A DNA stretch of 64,000 bases from the human T2T-CHM13v2.0 reference genome, Homo sapiens. Every line of letters starts with the position of its first letter. The stretch's first letter is position 1. The DNA lies in NCBI RefSeq assembly GCF_009914755.1, contig NC_060931.1, one strand, 5' to 3'. Below are positions 15,020 through 32,084 of the stretch, piece by piece. A program made the position numbers and the translations under genes. Below the pieces are notes generated by a model. It worked only from the letters and a program-made list of their open reading frames with translations, was not told the DNA's origin and searched no databases.

Positions 15020-15322
15020 ATTATTATTATTTTTTTTTTGAGACAGGGTCTTTCTCTATTGCCCAGGCTGGAGTACAGTGGCACTGATCACAGCTCACTG
15101 CAGCCTTGACCTCCCAGCCTCAATCAATCCTCCTGCCTCAGCCTCCTGAGTAGCTGAGACTACAGGCACACACCATCACATACAGCTAATTTTTGTATTT
15201 TTTGCAGAGATAGGGTTTCACCATGTTGCCCAAGCTGGTCTTGAACTCCTGGGATCTAGCAATCTACCTGCCTTGGCCCCCCAAAGTGCTGGGATCACAG
15301 GTGTCAGCCACTGTACCCAGCA
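15020..15322 (-). mobile_element. AluJ
   Basis: Full reverse Alu with J-type CAGCCTTGACCTCC. Confidence 0.9.
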
Positions 15323-16124
15323 GTGATTTTCTTAATATTTTATCATCTCTATCTTACTTTATTGTAAGAATATAGCATATAATACATATAATGTACAAAA
15401 TATTTGTTAATCAACTGTTTATGTTATCCTTCAGGCTTCCAGTCAACAGTAAGCTATTAGTAGTTAAGTTGTGGAGGAGTCAAAACTTATGCTTGAATTT
15501 TTGACTGTGCAGGGGGAAGGGGGGTGTCAGTGCCCCTAAGCAAGAATCAACTGTATGCCCAAGAGATTCTGTTCTCCTTAACAAAACCCTGCCCTCAAGG
15601 AAAACTACCTTACCAGAGCCCAGCCCCTTTGGGTTTTACCAGAGTCTAATCAACCTGAGGGAAGGGAAATACCCAACTCCAGCCCCATCTCACCTTCCTG
15701 TCTTGCCTGAAGGGGAGAGGGAGGGCAAAGGGGTGCTGAGAAGACAACCCGGGGGCACAGGCTCACTAAAAGGCCAAGGCCTAATCCTAAAGGGATAGAA
15801 CACCTCCCCTCCCCGACACCTTCCCATCACATCAGCAGGAGATTACAGCTGAAAGAATTACAAGCCTCAGACCCTATTTAGGAAAAAGTCCCAGAGGAAA
15901 CCCAAAGACAATAGGAGAGACAAAAATAAGAGTATCAGAGATTATTTTAACCTCTGACATGTCCAACTAGAAGCAAACAGCAAACAGCCACTTTCTAGCC
16001 AGAGTTTCATAAAACTGAAAGTCCCAGTTCCTACCTCAGTTCCTTGTACCTGATACATCATAACTGGGTATCATCAAAAAAATTACGAGGCATGTTAAAA
16101 AGCAAAAAACACAGTCAGAAAAGA

Positions 16125-16676
16125 CAAATCAGTCTCCCCAAGCATTCAGGGAGCAGAGTTTTTAAGGACAACTTGGTGGGTGGGAGGAAGCCAGTGAGCC
16201 AGGAGTGCTGATTGGCCAGGGATGAAATCACAGGGAGTCGAAGCTCTCTTCTTGTGCTGAGTCAGTTTCCAGGTGGGGCCACAAGATCAGATGAGTCAGT
16301 TTACCAATCTTGGTGGTGCCAACTGATCCATCAAGTGCCGGGTCTGCAGAATATCTCAAGCACTGATCTTAGGAGCAGCTTAGGGAGGGTCAGAATCTTG
16401 TAGTCTCCAGCTGCATGACTCCTAAACCATAATTTCTAATCTTGTGGCTAATGTTAGTTCTACAAAGGCAATCTAGTCCCCAGGCAAGAAGGAGATCTGC
16501 TTTGGGAAAGGGCTGTTATCATCTTTGTCTTAAACTACAAACTAAGTTTCTCCTAAAGTTAGTTCAGCCTTTGCCCAGGAACAAACAAGGACAGCTTGGA
16601 GGTTAGAAGCAAGAGGAAGTCGATTAAGTTAGATCTCTTTCACTGTCTGAGTCATAATTTTGCAAAGGCAGTTTCA
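16125..16676 (-). mobile_element. LTR8-like ERV1 LTR lacking ~130 bp of its 3' end
   Basis: Reverse begins TGAAACTGCCTTTGCAAAATTATGACT; aligns with 22544-23110 but has no equivalent of 22412-22543. Confidence 0.85.
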
Positions 16677-17575
16677 GTTTTGGAGCTATTTATGAAATGC
16701 TGATGGTTGCCAACAATGGAACAATATTCTCTTCCTATGGACTTCATGATCTAAATTGTTAAGCTTTCTCAGAGGTGGATAACAGTACGGGAGAGGCCAT
16801 AATGGCATTCAATTATATTTTTTAGAAAAAAATTAGCAGTCCAAAATTAACAGAAACAAATTTTGCTTTACCAATAATAAACAACATTTCCTTTACAGAA
16901 AACATTAAAGAAATACAAATGTCAAAATATGTTCAGGTACCTTCTAACAAATTTTCAACCGTTATTAATCACAGATTAATCATAGATTGTTATCACTCTG
17001 GTTTCCCCTGCAGTTTTAAAATAAACCTTTAACTCTTCCTCCTAATTACTGGTGCTTCATGGTTTGAAAACCTGAGCCTTGAAAATGTTCCTAGAAAGCT
17101 TTTTGAGATATAATTTTTAATTACATATTTTTTATCATAAATAGAATGGTTTTGTATACATCTAGAATGTATGTGAAGACATTAAGAAGACTTAAATCAT
17201 CTGTTGTTATTGACTTTTGACAATCAGACATTCCTATTCAGTTAGGTGAGCTTAGTTCTTGACTACAACCTGGTCAGCTGCATTTTTCTGCAAGAAAGAG
17301 AAACTGGATTTCACTCCACAATGCTGTCTTTCTCCTGCAGCCTGGATTATGCTGGAAAAGTCACAATAGAGTCACGATGCATAACCATAGGCCTCATGCC
17401 TCCCTTTCTTATAAGAAGGCACCAAAGTTAACTTTTCAAAAGGTTAAAAATGTAATTTATGTATAAGGTAGAGAATGAATGCATGTCAAAAAATTTTTTT
17501 TCTACCCATTAATAAGAGAACTAGCAAGATGGCAAAACTGGCTCAAGGAACATTTGAGGAAATGGATATTTATAG

Positions 17576-18600
<1,025 letters not shown>

Positions 18601-19118
18601 ACAAAAAAAAAAAAAAAAAACTGCTTTAAAGTTTTAAAGATTTTATTTTTAAAAAAATGAAAAAAATGTTAGCATAAGAGCCCTAGGTTATACAAAACAA
18701 GTTAATATCCTGCAACGCACTAAAGCAGTAATTATAACCTTTTAGGTTATCTTTTCTACCAGACAGAATTGATTTGCATCACTGCCAGACAAATACCTCA
18801 CGATAACATGTAACTTCACAGACCTCGGCCCTTTAATCATTAATAGATCGCGGGACAAACAAGAACATTGCCCTAAATATTTAAATAATCTTCAGATAGA
18901 CCTATTCAACAATGCTCCAAAATGACATTGGAAGGACACGCCTTCCTCCTTGAGCCTTATTTCTAAGTTTTGAATATAAAATGAGCTTAAAAAAAATCTT
19001 CCAATAGTTTGCCTTCTGAATATATTTAGACATTCTAAAATAGCAGACAATTCAACTTTAACCTAACTTTTTCTACATAGTGAGATATTGCTGAAGCCTG
19101 GGGAGCAGGATTTTCAAT

Positions 19119-19250
19119 AGGGGTGCCAGGTTTAGCAAATAAAAACAAAAGACGCTCTGGTAAATTCGGATTTCAGATAAAGAACAAATAATATAATGTA
19201 AATGTAATAAACAATAATTTTTAGTGTAAGTGGATCCCAAATATCACATG
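19119..19250 (+). mobile_element. MER53-like hAT DNA transposon
   Basis: AGGGGTGCCAGGTTTAGCAAATAAAAACA..TAAATTCGGATTTCAGATAAA..TTTTAGTGTAAGT. Confidence 0.75.
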
Positions 19251-20488
19251 GCTTCATATTATTATTTCTTTGGGCTCGTCCAGTACTAATACTCTATGAA
19301 ACATTTCCTTAGCAACAAATCACAAAGATAGCAGACACATTTTTTTCTACATGCACTTTGAATCCATTCATATTTTCAGCTTCTTATGTTCTCTACAAAC
19401 ACAAAACTATGTTTGAATACTGTACTCCATTTGCTTTGCTACATAAGCAATTTAAAATGTCACAGAGGATCTCAGCGTTGGATGATACAGGAAGACAATG
19501 AGATAGCTTTGTAGCCTTACAACACCTGGGGTTTGGCTCTTAGTGAGACAAAGGTAATCCCAATTATTCACCGTGTTCCTGATCTTCCCAAGGCAAGGAC
19601 TTGAAAAACGCCCTATTATTTAGACTGACCTAATTCAAAGTTCTTTGCAGCTTACCTCGTGCTAATCACTGGCAAGTGGTCTCCAGCTGCTCTTTGGTTT
19701 TGGTTGTTTCACGTCCTTGATCCTACATGGTAGTGGGAAGATTTCCTGATCATTTTTAATAAATTAAATTTTACTTCAGTTTTTTTTCAGGCATAACTGA
19801 GAACCTATAACCATAACTGCATTTTACCCTTTCTGTGTTTAATAAGAGTGACAAAAACCATGATAGACATTTTTTCTACACTGAAAATAGAAGTTAAATG
19901 TGTATACTGTTCTCCAAAATAAAAGCATATCTCAGAAATTCACCTCATTCAGACCAATGGATTTGTGAACTCTTTTCTCACCTCTAGAACCTTCTTAAGT
20001 TGAGCCAATGAGAAAACAAGTTCAGTAGTCAGTGATGGATCCATCTCAGAGGAGCAGAAATCCACAGGCCTATTCTCCCCAGTGACTGACCACAGCTACA
20101 TCAGCAGATCTGAACCACCGTCCCATTCTCCTCCTCTCCCGGGGCCATGCGCCTCAGACACTGGGAAAATGCAAAGTGTAGAGACCGTGATTTCAACTTT
20201 GAGTAGAGTAAAATAGTGCCCCTTCTAGAACTCAAGGTTCTTATTCCATTCCCATCTCAGGTGGTGGATCCTAATAAACCCAACTATCAGCATTTGTCTT
20301 TTTTCAGACTCTAAGTGAATTACTAAAGGATGTACTCAGGCAGAGAGAAAGTGACTCAAGACAGCTGGTCTGAAGAGTATGAAGGCATAAAGAACAAAGA
20401 AACAGATCATCTGTAGCTGATTGTCCATGAACATTGATTAAGTAATACTATGTAAATTGGTAATAATAATGTCTAATGAAATTCCCAA

Positions 20489-20632
20489 GGCTGGGTGTGG
20501 TTGCTCATGCCTCTAATCTCAGCACTTTGGGAGGCCAAGGTGAGCGGATCACTTGAGGTCAGAAGTTCGAGACCAAGCTGGCCAACATGGCAAAACCCCA
20601 CCTCTACTAAAAATACAAAAATTAGCTGGGCA
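20489..20632 (+). mobile_element. Alu left monomer
   Basis: GGCTGGGTGTGG..TACTAAAAATACAAAAATTAGCTGGGCAC then ends. Confidence 0.88.
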
Positions 20633-20871
20633 CCCAACTCGTGGCAACCATGAGTTCTAACAAATTGTCAAGAAAGAATATTTGTGGTATTACACAAACT
20701 CTTCTAGAGATTTATAAATGAGGAAGGGGACACAATCCCCAACTCTAAATAATTTTTTATGACACTAGCATAACCTCAACATAAAACTCAGTGAAGATAG
20801 TGCAAGAAAGGAAAGTTTGATGCCAATTTCATTCTTGAACATAGATACAAAAATCCTGAAAAACAAAATTA

Positions 20872-21108
<237 letters not shown>

Positions 21109-21174
21109 TTATCCCAGGAATTGAAGGTTGATTTAACATTGCAAAATTAATTCATATAAACACTAACAGATTAA

Positions 21175-21582
<408 letters not shown>

Positions 21583-22411
21583 TAAACATTAATGTGATAA
21601 GGACATCTACAAAAAAATGTACAGTAAATATCATGCTTACAGTTGAAACACTTATAGGCTTTGGGATCAGCATATAACAAGGCTGCTTGTTATCAACTCT
21701 TCTAATCAACTCTCTACTGGACATTCTAGCTAACATGATAAAGAAAGAAAAAGAAATTGAAAAGAAAGGGAAAACTTTCAGAAGATTTACACTAAAACTA
21801 TGTACTTAAGTCCAAATTTACCCACTGATTAGTTATTAAACTTAATAGCAGAATTTATCTCTTTGGCTTGACACAAAATCAACATATCAAAATGAATTGT
21901 AGTCCAACTTATAAGTAGCAAATAATCAGAAAATTAAATTTTAGAGACATCACTTATAATAACATCAAAAACTATGACATTTCCAGATATGAAGATGTGT
22001 AAGACCTCTACAGAGAAAATTAAGTTTGTTTTGGGAGACATTGAAAAAGATTTTTTAAAATGCAGAGATACACTGTGTTCAAGAATTGTTAAGACTTAGT
22101 ATTCCAGTTTAATCACTAAATTGATTGATAGATTTTATGTAATTCTAAACGAAGTCACAGCAGCTTTTTGCTTTTGAAAAAACTGACAAACTGATCCTAA
22201 AATGTATGTGTAAATGCAAACGTCCAAGAATAGCCAATTCATTCCTTAAGATGTAGGAAAGAAACATGGAAAGATTTGCTTTTATCGTCTTTCCAAACAT
22301 ATTACAAAGCTTTAAGAATTAAGCCAGTATAGCATTGTCTCAGAGACAAACACACTAATAAAACAGATCAGAAGGCAGAAACAGACCCCCATACTTATAG
22401 AGACTTGATAA

Positions 22412-23110
22412 TGTAACTGCCCAATGGGTTCACCTCGCCCACTGCCTAGACAGAGCCAACTTATCAAGACAGGGGAATTGCAATAGAGGAAGTGTAATTC
22501 ACTCAGAGCCAGCTGTGTGGGAGACCGGAGTTTTGTTATTACTCAAATCAGTCTCCCTGAGAATTCAGGGAGCAGAGTTTTTAAGGACAACTTGGTGGGT
22601 GGGAGGAAGCCAGAAGCCAGTGAGCCAGGAGTGCTAATTGGTTAGGTAGGAGATGAAATCATGGGAAGTTGAAGCTGTCCTCTTGCACTGAGTCAGTTCC
22701 TGGGTGGGGCCCACAAAATCAGATGGGCCAATTTATCAATCTGGGTGGTGCCAGCTGACCCATCAAGTGTAGAGTCTGCAAAATATCTCAAGCACTGATC
22801 TTAGGAGCAGTTTAGGGAGGGTCAGAATCTTGTAGTCTCCAGCAGCATGACTCCTAAACCATAAGTTCTAATCTTGTGGCTAATTTGTTAGTCCTACAAA
22901 GGCAGTCTAGTTCCCAGGCAAGAAGGAGGTTTGTTTTGGGAAAGGGCTGTTATCATCTTTGTTTTAAACTATAAACTAAGTTTCTCCCAAAGTTAGTTCA
23001 GCCTATGCCCAGGAAGGAATGAGGACAGCCTAAAGGTTAGAACCAAGATGGAGCTGGTCATGTTAGATCTCTTTCGCTGTGTCAGTCATAATTTTATAAA
23101 GGTGTTTTCA
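22412..23110 (-). mobile_element. LTR8-like solo LTR, full length
   Basis: TG...CA termini, ~700 bp, near-TSD ATAA/ATCA, inserted in L1M; closely similar to 16125-16676. Confidence 0.88.
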
Positions 23111-23473
23111 ATCAGGGACAGAGGCGGAACGGCAGACAGGAAAAAAAGAAGGATTTTTCAATAGATAATCCTGGGGCAACTGGACCCCTATATAAAGATA
23201 GATTGCATACCAAAATCAATTCAAAAGGAAATAAAGACCTAAAGATGAAGAGAAAAACTATAAAACTTCTAAAATATAACATAGAAGAATGTCTTTATTA
23301 CTGCTAAGTGAAGTTAAACTAAAAGATAAAAACAAACACAAAATCAAAACAGCTGGGAAGATGTCTTCATTGCTTGTACGTGTGTACACCAGCTAGTTAA
23401 GTCACTGTATGGAGGGCATGACCAGTTTAACTACCATCCCCGGCATTGCAAAACACCAGAAAAATATTTCTGG

Positions 23474-23761
<288 letters not shown>

Positions 23762-23797
23762 TCTGAAAGTGAATTAATCACATATTCATATGAGTTC

Positions 23798-24300
23798 TGA
23801 TACAGGAGTTAAAAAGAAATTACTTAGGCAGATAGTGAGGATACGGGATTCCTTGCTAAGGTTTTCCTTTTAATAAAAAGCAGCCCCCCAAATCATTTAC
23901 TTTTCTAACAAAGAGCACCCTGTAAAATCGAGCTGCAAACATAGGCAAGCAAGCTGGAAGCTTGCACAGGTGAATGCCAGCAGTTGTGCCAATGGAAAAG
24001 GCTACCTGGGACTAGGCATGTTCAAAACGGCAGCTCCATCGTCTCTTTGTGCCAGCCACGTGTACAGTATGGCGCAGACAAGATGGCGCTGGCTGAGTGG
24101 AAAGTCCATCTGCAAAGTAAGATGAGGGTGGGGCAACCAGCCTTCCCTGCCACAATGTAAATGTCACACCTGGTTGAACCAATCTGGGGGCCCTATGTAA
24201 ATCAGACACTGCCTCCTCAAGCCTGCCTATAAAATCTGCTGCGTCCACCACAGACCAGCTTTTCCCTTTCAGATGCGGAGAGAGACAGAGAGAGCGAGAG
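23798..24300 (+). mobile_element. ERV1-class LTR, 3'-truncated
   Basis: Starts TGATACAGGAGTTAAAAAGAAATTACTTAGGCAGATAG, has CCAAT and TATAAAA (~24228), then stops in a GA run with no polyA signal or terminal CA. Confidence 0.75.
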
Positions 24301-24309
24301 AAAGAATGA

Positions 24310-26855
24310 ACTTCCTTAAAGTAGGACCTATATTTATTCAATTAGGACATATTCCGTTAATATATGCTCATAGAAATATTTTTGAACTGAAAGAGAAAAA
24401 TCTGTTTCTGAAATATTTCTAATCTAACAATATTTATAATTACATTGTGATTACATAAATTAGAATTTAGGATTGCCTATACTTGCTTACCTGGTCTATT
24501 TTTCCAATATTTCTGAATAACTACATAACAAAATTTAACAGATACGACATGCGTGGTTCTCTGTGGAAAAAAAAACTATAAATTTGCTTCAAAATTCATG
24601 TACTGAGGAACAAACTTGAATGTTTACTTTTTTTAGGTTTTTAAAATACAGACTAACATAACTGCCAAATAATTTAGACAGAGTTATATTTATACTTCCA
24701 CATTTCTCCCCTATAATTCATTCTCCTTTGCTTCCCCAGAGAAAGGGGGACGTGTAAGAATATTTATATTCAGCCCTCACTTTGTTGTAAAATCAAAGAC
24801 CTAAGTAAATAGAGAGGAATTCTGCTTTAAGCTGTGAGAGATCTGTTATCATAATCAGAAGGTAAAAGTAATTTACCAAAGATAAGCATTCAAGCCCTAA
24901 ATTTTTATCAAGAACAGAAATGTTTCTTAAAGCATGAAGTGTTTTACTAAGTTTTATACAGTTAGGAAAATGCCAATAAAATTTTCACTACCTGTTTTCG
25001 TAATAAAATGAATACTGCTGTATTTCATTTTCTGAATTCTGCCTTCATTTTCTTCAGTAAAACTGAAAATTGCACTTAGGAACAGACACACCTGAAAATA
25101 TATTCAACTGTATTTATCTCACCTTTCAAGGTGAAATTCCAGATTTTAAAATTGTAGTTATCTCAGATGATTACCAGAATGCGATGTAATGATATCTTGC
25201 ATTTATGATTATTGATGCACCTTTTTATAGATTCATTTTAATGTTGAACTACTTATTTTATATGCATTGATGAGCATAACTGTAATTAGTTGCCTAGTTT
25301 GGTAAATGAGTACCTGGGATAATTTATGAGTGCTTCTAATTTTTTTTTCTTTATGTCTTCTAAAAAAAAATGGGATACATGTGCAGAAGGTGCAGGTTTG
25401 TTACATAGGCATACGTGTGCCATGGTGGTTTGCTGCACCTATTGACCTGTCCTCTAAGTTCCTTCCCATCACCCCCCACCCCCAACAGGCCCTAGTGTAA
25501 GTTGTTCCCCTCTCTGTGCCCATATGTTCTCAATGTTCAACTCCCACTTATGAGTGAGAACATGAGGTGTTTGGTTTTCTGTTCCTGTGTTAGTTTGCTG
25601 AGGTTGATGGCTTCCAGCTTCATCCATGTACCTGCAAAGGACATGATCTCATTCCTTTTCATGGCTGCATAGTATTCCATGGTGTATATGTGCCATATGG
25701 TTCCATGTCTTTGCTATTGTAAATAGTGCTGCAAGAAACATATGTGTGCATGTGTCTTTATAGTAGAATGATTTATATTCCTTTGGGTATATACCCAGTA
25801 ATGGGATTGCTGGGTCAAATGGTATTTCTGGTTCTACATCCTTGAGGAACCACCATACTGTCTTCCACAATGGTTGAACTAATTTACATTCCCACCAACA
25901 GTGTAAAAGAGTTCCTATTTCTCCACATCCTCTCCAGCATCTGTTGTTTCCTGACTTTTTAATAATCGCCATTCTGACTGGCATGAGATGGTATCTCATT
26001 GTGGTTTTGATTTGCATTTCTCTGATGATCAGTGATGTTGAGCTTTTTTTCATATGTTTGTTGACTGCAGAAATGTCTTCTTTTGAGAAGTGTCTGTTCA
26101 TATTCTTTGCCCACTTTTTGATGGGGTTGTTCGTTTTTTCTTGTAAATATGTTTAAGCTCCTAGTAAATTCTGGATATTAGACCTTTGTCAGATGGGTAG
26201 ATTGCAAACATTTTCTCCCATTCTGTAGGTTGCCTATTCACTCTAATGATAGTTTCTTTGGCTGTGCAGAAGCTCTTTAGTTTAATTAGATCCCATTTGT
26301 CAATTTTGGTTTGAGTGCTTCTAATTTTTAGTTCAGGCTTGACATTTTGATATTGACTTGAGTACTTTATATACCTTGCTGGATATTTTTGATAATTCAC
26401 ACTTACAATGAAGAATATAACTACAGAAACTTATAAGCATAAAGTTAAGCCTGGAATTTATTCATTCAATATTTATTTTTTTGAAATATAATGAGCTTCT
26501 GCTGTTTAAAAAGGACTCTCCAACCTGAAAAGCAATTTCTAAAGATATTTATTTTCTTCAAGTCAACTGTATTAGCTATGAATTAGAAACCTAATTTATT
26601 TTAAAACTTGAAGCTCTATTTTTAAATCTGGCTATTTTATTTATAAACCTAACTAATTTTTTATGAAAAAGAACAGCCACTTCTTTTTGTCCCTTTATTA
26701 ATATTTCGATGAACTCTTACCTGACCAAATCATCTTTAAATGTTTAACATGACTTAGAAAATTAAATTCCCTTAGACACTTAAACTCTGATTACAAAATT
26801 AACACATCTGGTTCTCTCACTTCAAACACCTAAGAAAATGTCTTAGCTTAAGTTA
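24310..26855 (-). pseudogene. DCDC1-like gene fossil, N-terminal half (tandem DCX domains), interrupted by L1PA
   Basis: Minus-strand translation: LREFNFLSHVK (26743-26775), LKIRSTHKLSQ across the L1 insertion, VMLINAYK (25257-25280), IKMNL (25228-25242), FSVLLKKM (25046-25069), YFYLLIMITDLSQL (24829-24870), LWGSKGE* (24718-24741), YFYEHI (24361-24378). Confidence 0.75.
25345..26311 (-). mobile_element. 5'-truncated L1PA (ORF2 C-terminus and 3'UTR)
   Basis: ORF 25649-26101 [28 protein letters not shown]; 18-bp TSD TGAGTGCTTCTAATTTTT at 25327-25344 and 26312-26329. Confidence 0.96.
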
Positions 26856-27034
26856 TCTACCCCCGTTGTGTAGCAGTAAGCCTGCCTTCTCATGACAACC
26901 TGTCACCTGTCAGCATACTGGCTCCCTCATTGCCTGCTGTCCACTGCCAGGAGGAGACCAAATGACCTGGCCAGTTGGCATCGACAGCTTTAGGTATGGT
27001 GGAAACCATATTGTATTCCCTATTGAAAGTGTCC
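26856..27034 (+). repeat. 179-bp direct duplicate of 28446-28624
   Basis: Gapless alignment at offset 1590; 22 mismatches by manual count. Confidence 0.95.
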
Positions 27035-27790
<756 letters not shown>

Positions 27791-28076
27791 GTACCAGCCA
27801 GATCCATTTGTGCCTGTCAAGGTAATCCTCTGCGACAGGGGCTAGTCACAATTTCTAGAAGAAAAAGCTTTGAAGAGAAAGATGAGTGGAACAAGTTTCT
27901 ACTGGTTGGTCCTCAGACTGTAACTGATTTTCACCTTTCTCCTCTACTCTCCATTCTAAATTTCCCTCATTCTAGGCCAGTATTTGTCTGATGGGTCATC
28001 TCTGAGGAGCCTGCACCCCTAGTTGTCACCCCCTGGTCACACTGTAGTTGCTGTAATTGTCTATTCACTGTTATAA

Positions 28077-28412
<336 letters not shown>

Positions 28413-28834
28413 GAGGTGCCCTAGTGGGTTCTAAACATGCACCTCTCTGCCCCCATCATGTAGCAGTAAGCCTGTCTCTTCATGACAACCTGTCACCTAT
28501 CAGCGCACTGACTTCCTCATTGCCTGCTGTCCACTGCCAGGAGGAGACCAAATGACCCCACCAGTTGGCACCTACAGCTTTAGGTACTATGGAAACTGTA
28601 TTGTATTCCCTATTGAAAGTGTCCTCCCTGCAAACCCTCAACAACCCAGCAGACATAAAGTTACAAGTATAGGAAGCCTGCATTTCCCAAGTGGGTCCCT
28701 GAAGGTGATAGTGAGAAGGGCCACTCCTACTTCTAGGCGTTGGTTCCCAGATGTCCATGTGCTACCCCTCAGGGGCAGAGCACATGTGATGATGGTTGGT
28801 TCCAAGGTATGTACTGTTCCCTAAAGGACAGTAA

Positions 28835-29414
<580 letters not shown>

Positions 29415-29425
29415 GATACGCTTTT

Positions 29426-29462
29426 GTTAGCACAATTCTCTAACCAACTGAGCTAACCAGCC
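29426..29462 (-). pseudogene. Tailless retropseudogene of the 5' half of tRNA-Ile(AAT)
   Basis: Minus strand GGCTGGTTAGCTCAGTTGGTTAGAGAATTGTGCTAAC versus tRNA-Ile GGCCGGTTAGCTCAGTTGGTTAGAGCGTGGTGCTAAT; stops at the anticodon; TSD AAGATRYGCTTTT at 29413-29425 and 29468-29480. Confidence 0.88.
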
Positions 29463-30055
29463 CCTCTAAGATATGCTTTTAAAAGGACACTCCAATATTC
29501 TTCCAGGTCAGGAGCTGGACCTGGCTCAAGGATGGTTTAGCTAAAAATGGACGGCTACTGTGCTAGAACCCAACTTGAAAGTGACCTTGAGAAGGGGCGG
29601 TGAGGGGAAAGCCTTCCAGTGTGCAGAACTTTCGCTCGGTATGGAGGGAAATGTGCCCCAAGGACAGGATACGAATATACATGGACTTGGCTGGGGGGTG
29701 AGGAGCATGGGAGGACGAAGACTGGCTGATGGGGGAAAAGCAGTCTGAGAAAGACTTGTGACATGAGAGGGGCGTAGCCAGTGGATCCCTTGGTGATGTG
29801 TCCACTGTTGCACCTACTTAGCTATGAAGTGAGCCCCATCATGCAAGGCAGCGTTTTGCAAGATCTCCTGTCAATAAATTGGGCATTTTGTGTGCCCTTA
29901 GATAGTAGTGGCAAAAAATTTAAACCCGTATCTGGAAGCTATACCAATTCTGGTCACAAAGAAATCACTGCCACATATTTCTAGGGTGGAAAGTCTCTAA
30001 CATAATCGACTTGCTGCCAAGTGCCTAAGTGGTCTCAAGAGATTGTACCATGTTG

Positions 30056-30420
<365 letters not shown>

Positions 30421-31191
30421 TCAAATTAGCCTTAGTGATCCAATGCTGTCAGGCACATTCACAACCTCTACCTCTCCCACCAAAGTTATTCCCCTGGTGG
30501 GCCCATGGTGTGAACACTGGGCTGGCTGAGGACGGCGGCTGGCTGACATCAAGGTGAGTCGTGCTGACCATCTGCTTATCCAGTGCCTCCTCTAAAGTGG
30601 ATGTTCCTGGCTGGGCCTCGATGAAGATACCAAAAGTCTCACACACTGGGTGACTCCCCTAGGTCCACCCGCAGGCCTCTTTCCCAAACTCCTTTGCAGA
30701 TCACTTCTTCCAGGGTCCTGACAAACCAGGCAAGCCTTAGCCACTGCTCAGGAGGCCAAGCGCATCCTTACCTGGGGCACTTTTCTCCACGTGAAGGAGA
30801 AGCTCTGTGGAGAGAGTTTGCGCTCACCATAAACTTCAGGGCCACTTCTGAGTCAGGCAGTCCTGCAGTAGAAGTCCAACCTTCCACAAACCAGGCCCAG
30901 ATTGTTTCCTCCATCAGTTGGTCATAGGGAGCACCCCACAGGGCCATGGACAGAAGCTTGGGAGAAGAATGGATGCAAGGGCACTGAATGACATGGGGTC
31001 TGGACCGCCTCTTTGTGTAACTTACTTTTGCCCCAGACATGCTTAGGCTCCATCCTGGATGCAGCACTTTTACGTTATCCTAGATCGCTCTTTGCTCATG
31101 TCACTTTATGGCAGCACCATAGCAGCCAACGCGTGATAGGCACTCTGGTCATATGTTGGTTGATATCCATAGTCAAAATATATTTCGTGCC

Positions 31192-31554
31192 TGTATTAGT
31201 TCGTTTTCACGCTGCTGATAAAGACAGACCTGAGACTGGGTACTTTATAAAGGAAAGAGATTTAATGGACTCACAGTTCCACATAGCTGGGGAGGCCTCA
31301 CAATCATGGCGGAAGATGATGGAAGAGCGAAGGGACGTCTTCAATGAGGCAGGCAAGAGATTTTGTGCAGGGAAACTCCCCTTTATAAAACCATCAGATC
31401 TCATGAGGCTTATTCACCATCACAAGAACAGCCTGGGAAAAACCCACCCCCGTGATTCAATTACCTCCCACCAGGTTCTTCCCATGACATATGGGGATGG
31501 ATGATCACAATTCAAGGTGAGATTTGGGTGGGGACACAGAGCCAAACAATACCA
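31192..31554 (-). mobile_element. THE1 solo LTR
   Basis: TGTATTAGTT...AAACAATACCA; 5-bp TSD GTGCC. Confidence 0.92.
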
Positions 31555-32084
31555 GTGCCCAACAGCATAAGAAGAGCTTTTTCCAATGATGTATAGTTTT
31601 CCTCCCCAGGTGGCATGGCCTTGTTCAGAATTTTGGAGTCTATATTGACATGCTTTTAATGGGGTTTGCTAGAGATGGTATCTTTATCAAGCATGGATTC
31701 CTCTAGCACCGTGGGATCTGCTGAGCCATATGGCCCCAGTAGCAGGGCCATTTGTTCCACAGCTTGGACCTGCTGCTAAGCCCCCTCTTGCTCTGGGACC
31801 CACTCAGAAGTAACTACCCTCCATATGCAGGTACTTGCTGGGTGTCAGAGAGAAAATTGCTGCCACTAGTAAGCCTGAAATTGGAAAAAGGATCCAAGAG
31901 CAATGACAGCATCTGCCACAGAAGGCAAAAATTCTGCACTCTTTTAAGTGATTTTTATAAGTCATAATAGTAAATTTAGTAAATCAAGTTTTCTTAAATG
32001 TTGCAATGATTGTCTAAATACGAGAGAATACTCAAAGAATTCAAGATTACAGATTATTACCACACCCATATAAACACACCTAAA

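Larger units (their letters stand above)
14478..15553 (+). mobile_element. Tigger2-like DNA transposon with nested MST LTR and AluJ
   Basis: TIRs CAGTTGACCTTGAACAACAC ... TCAACTG with TA target duplication. Confidence 0.8.
14030..16124 (+). mobile_element. Old L1M 5' region, interrupted by Tigger2-like element and cut abruptly at 16124
   Basis: L1MB/MC-type 5' sequence ending AAAAATTACGAGGCATGTTAAAAAGCAAAAAACACAGTCAGAAAAGAC just before ORF1. Confidence 0.6.

Noticed and set aside
19656-19722. Minus-strand exon-like segment (TAG acceptor, GAG/GTAAG donor)
   Set aside because: Stops in all three frames; the + strand is better explained by the DCDC1-like fossil. A non-coding exon cannot be excluded.
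20308-20331. TLSELLKD resembling the recalled DCDC1 C-terminal TISELLQD
   Set aside because: Context matches the end of old L1M ORF1 and continues into L1 sequence.
26721-26829. Minus-strand AG..GTAAG-bounded segment as a live coding exon (similarly 24491-24520)
   Set aside because: 26721-26829 has an in-frame stop, and DCDC1-like similarity continues through the surrounding region irrespective of such sites, so they are probably chance splice motifs in AT-rich DNA.
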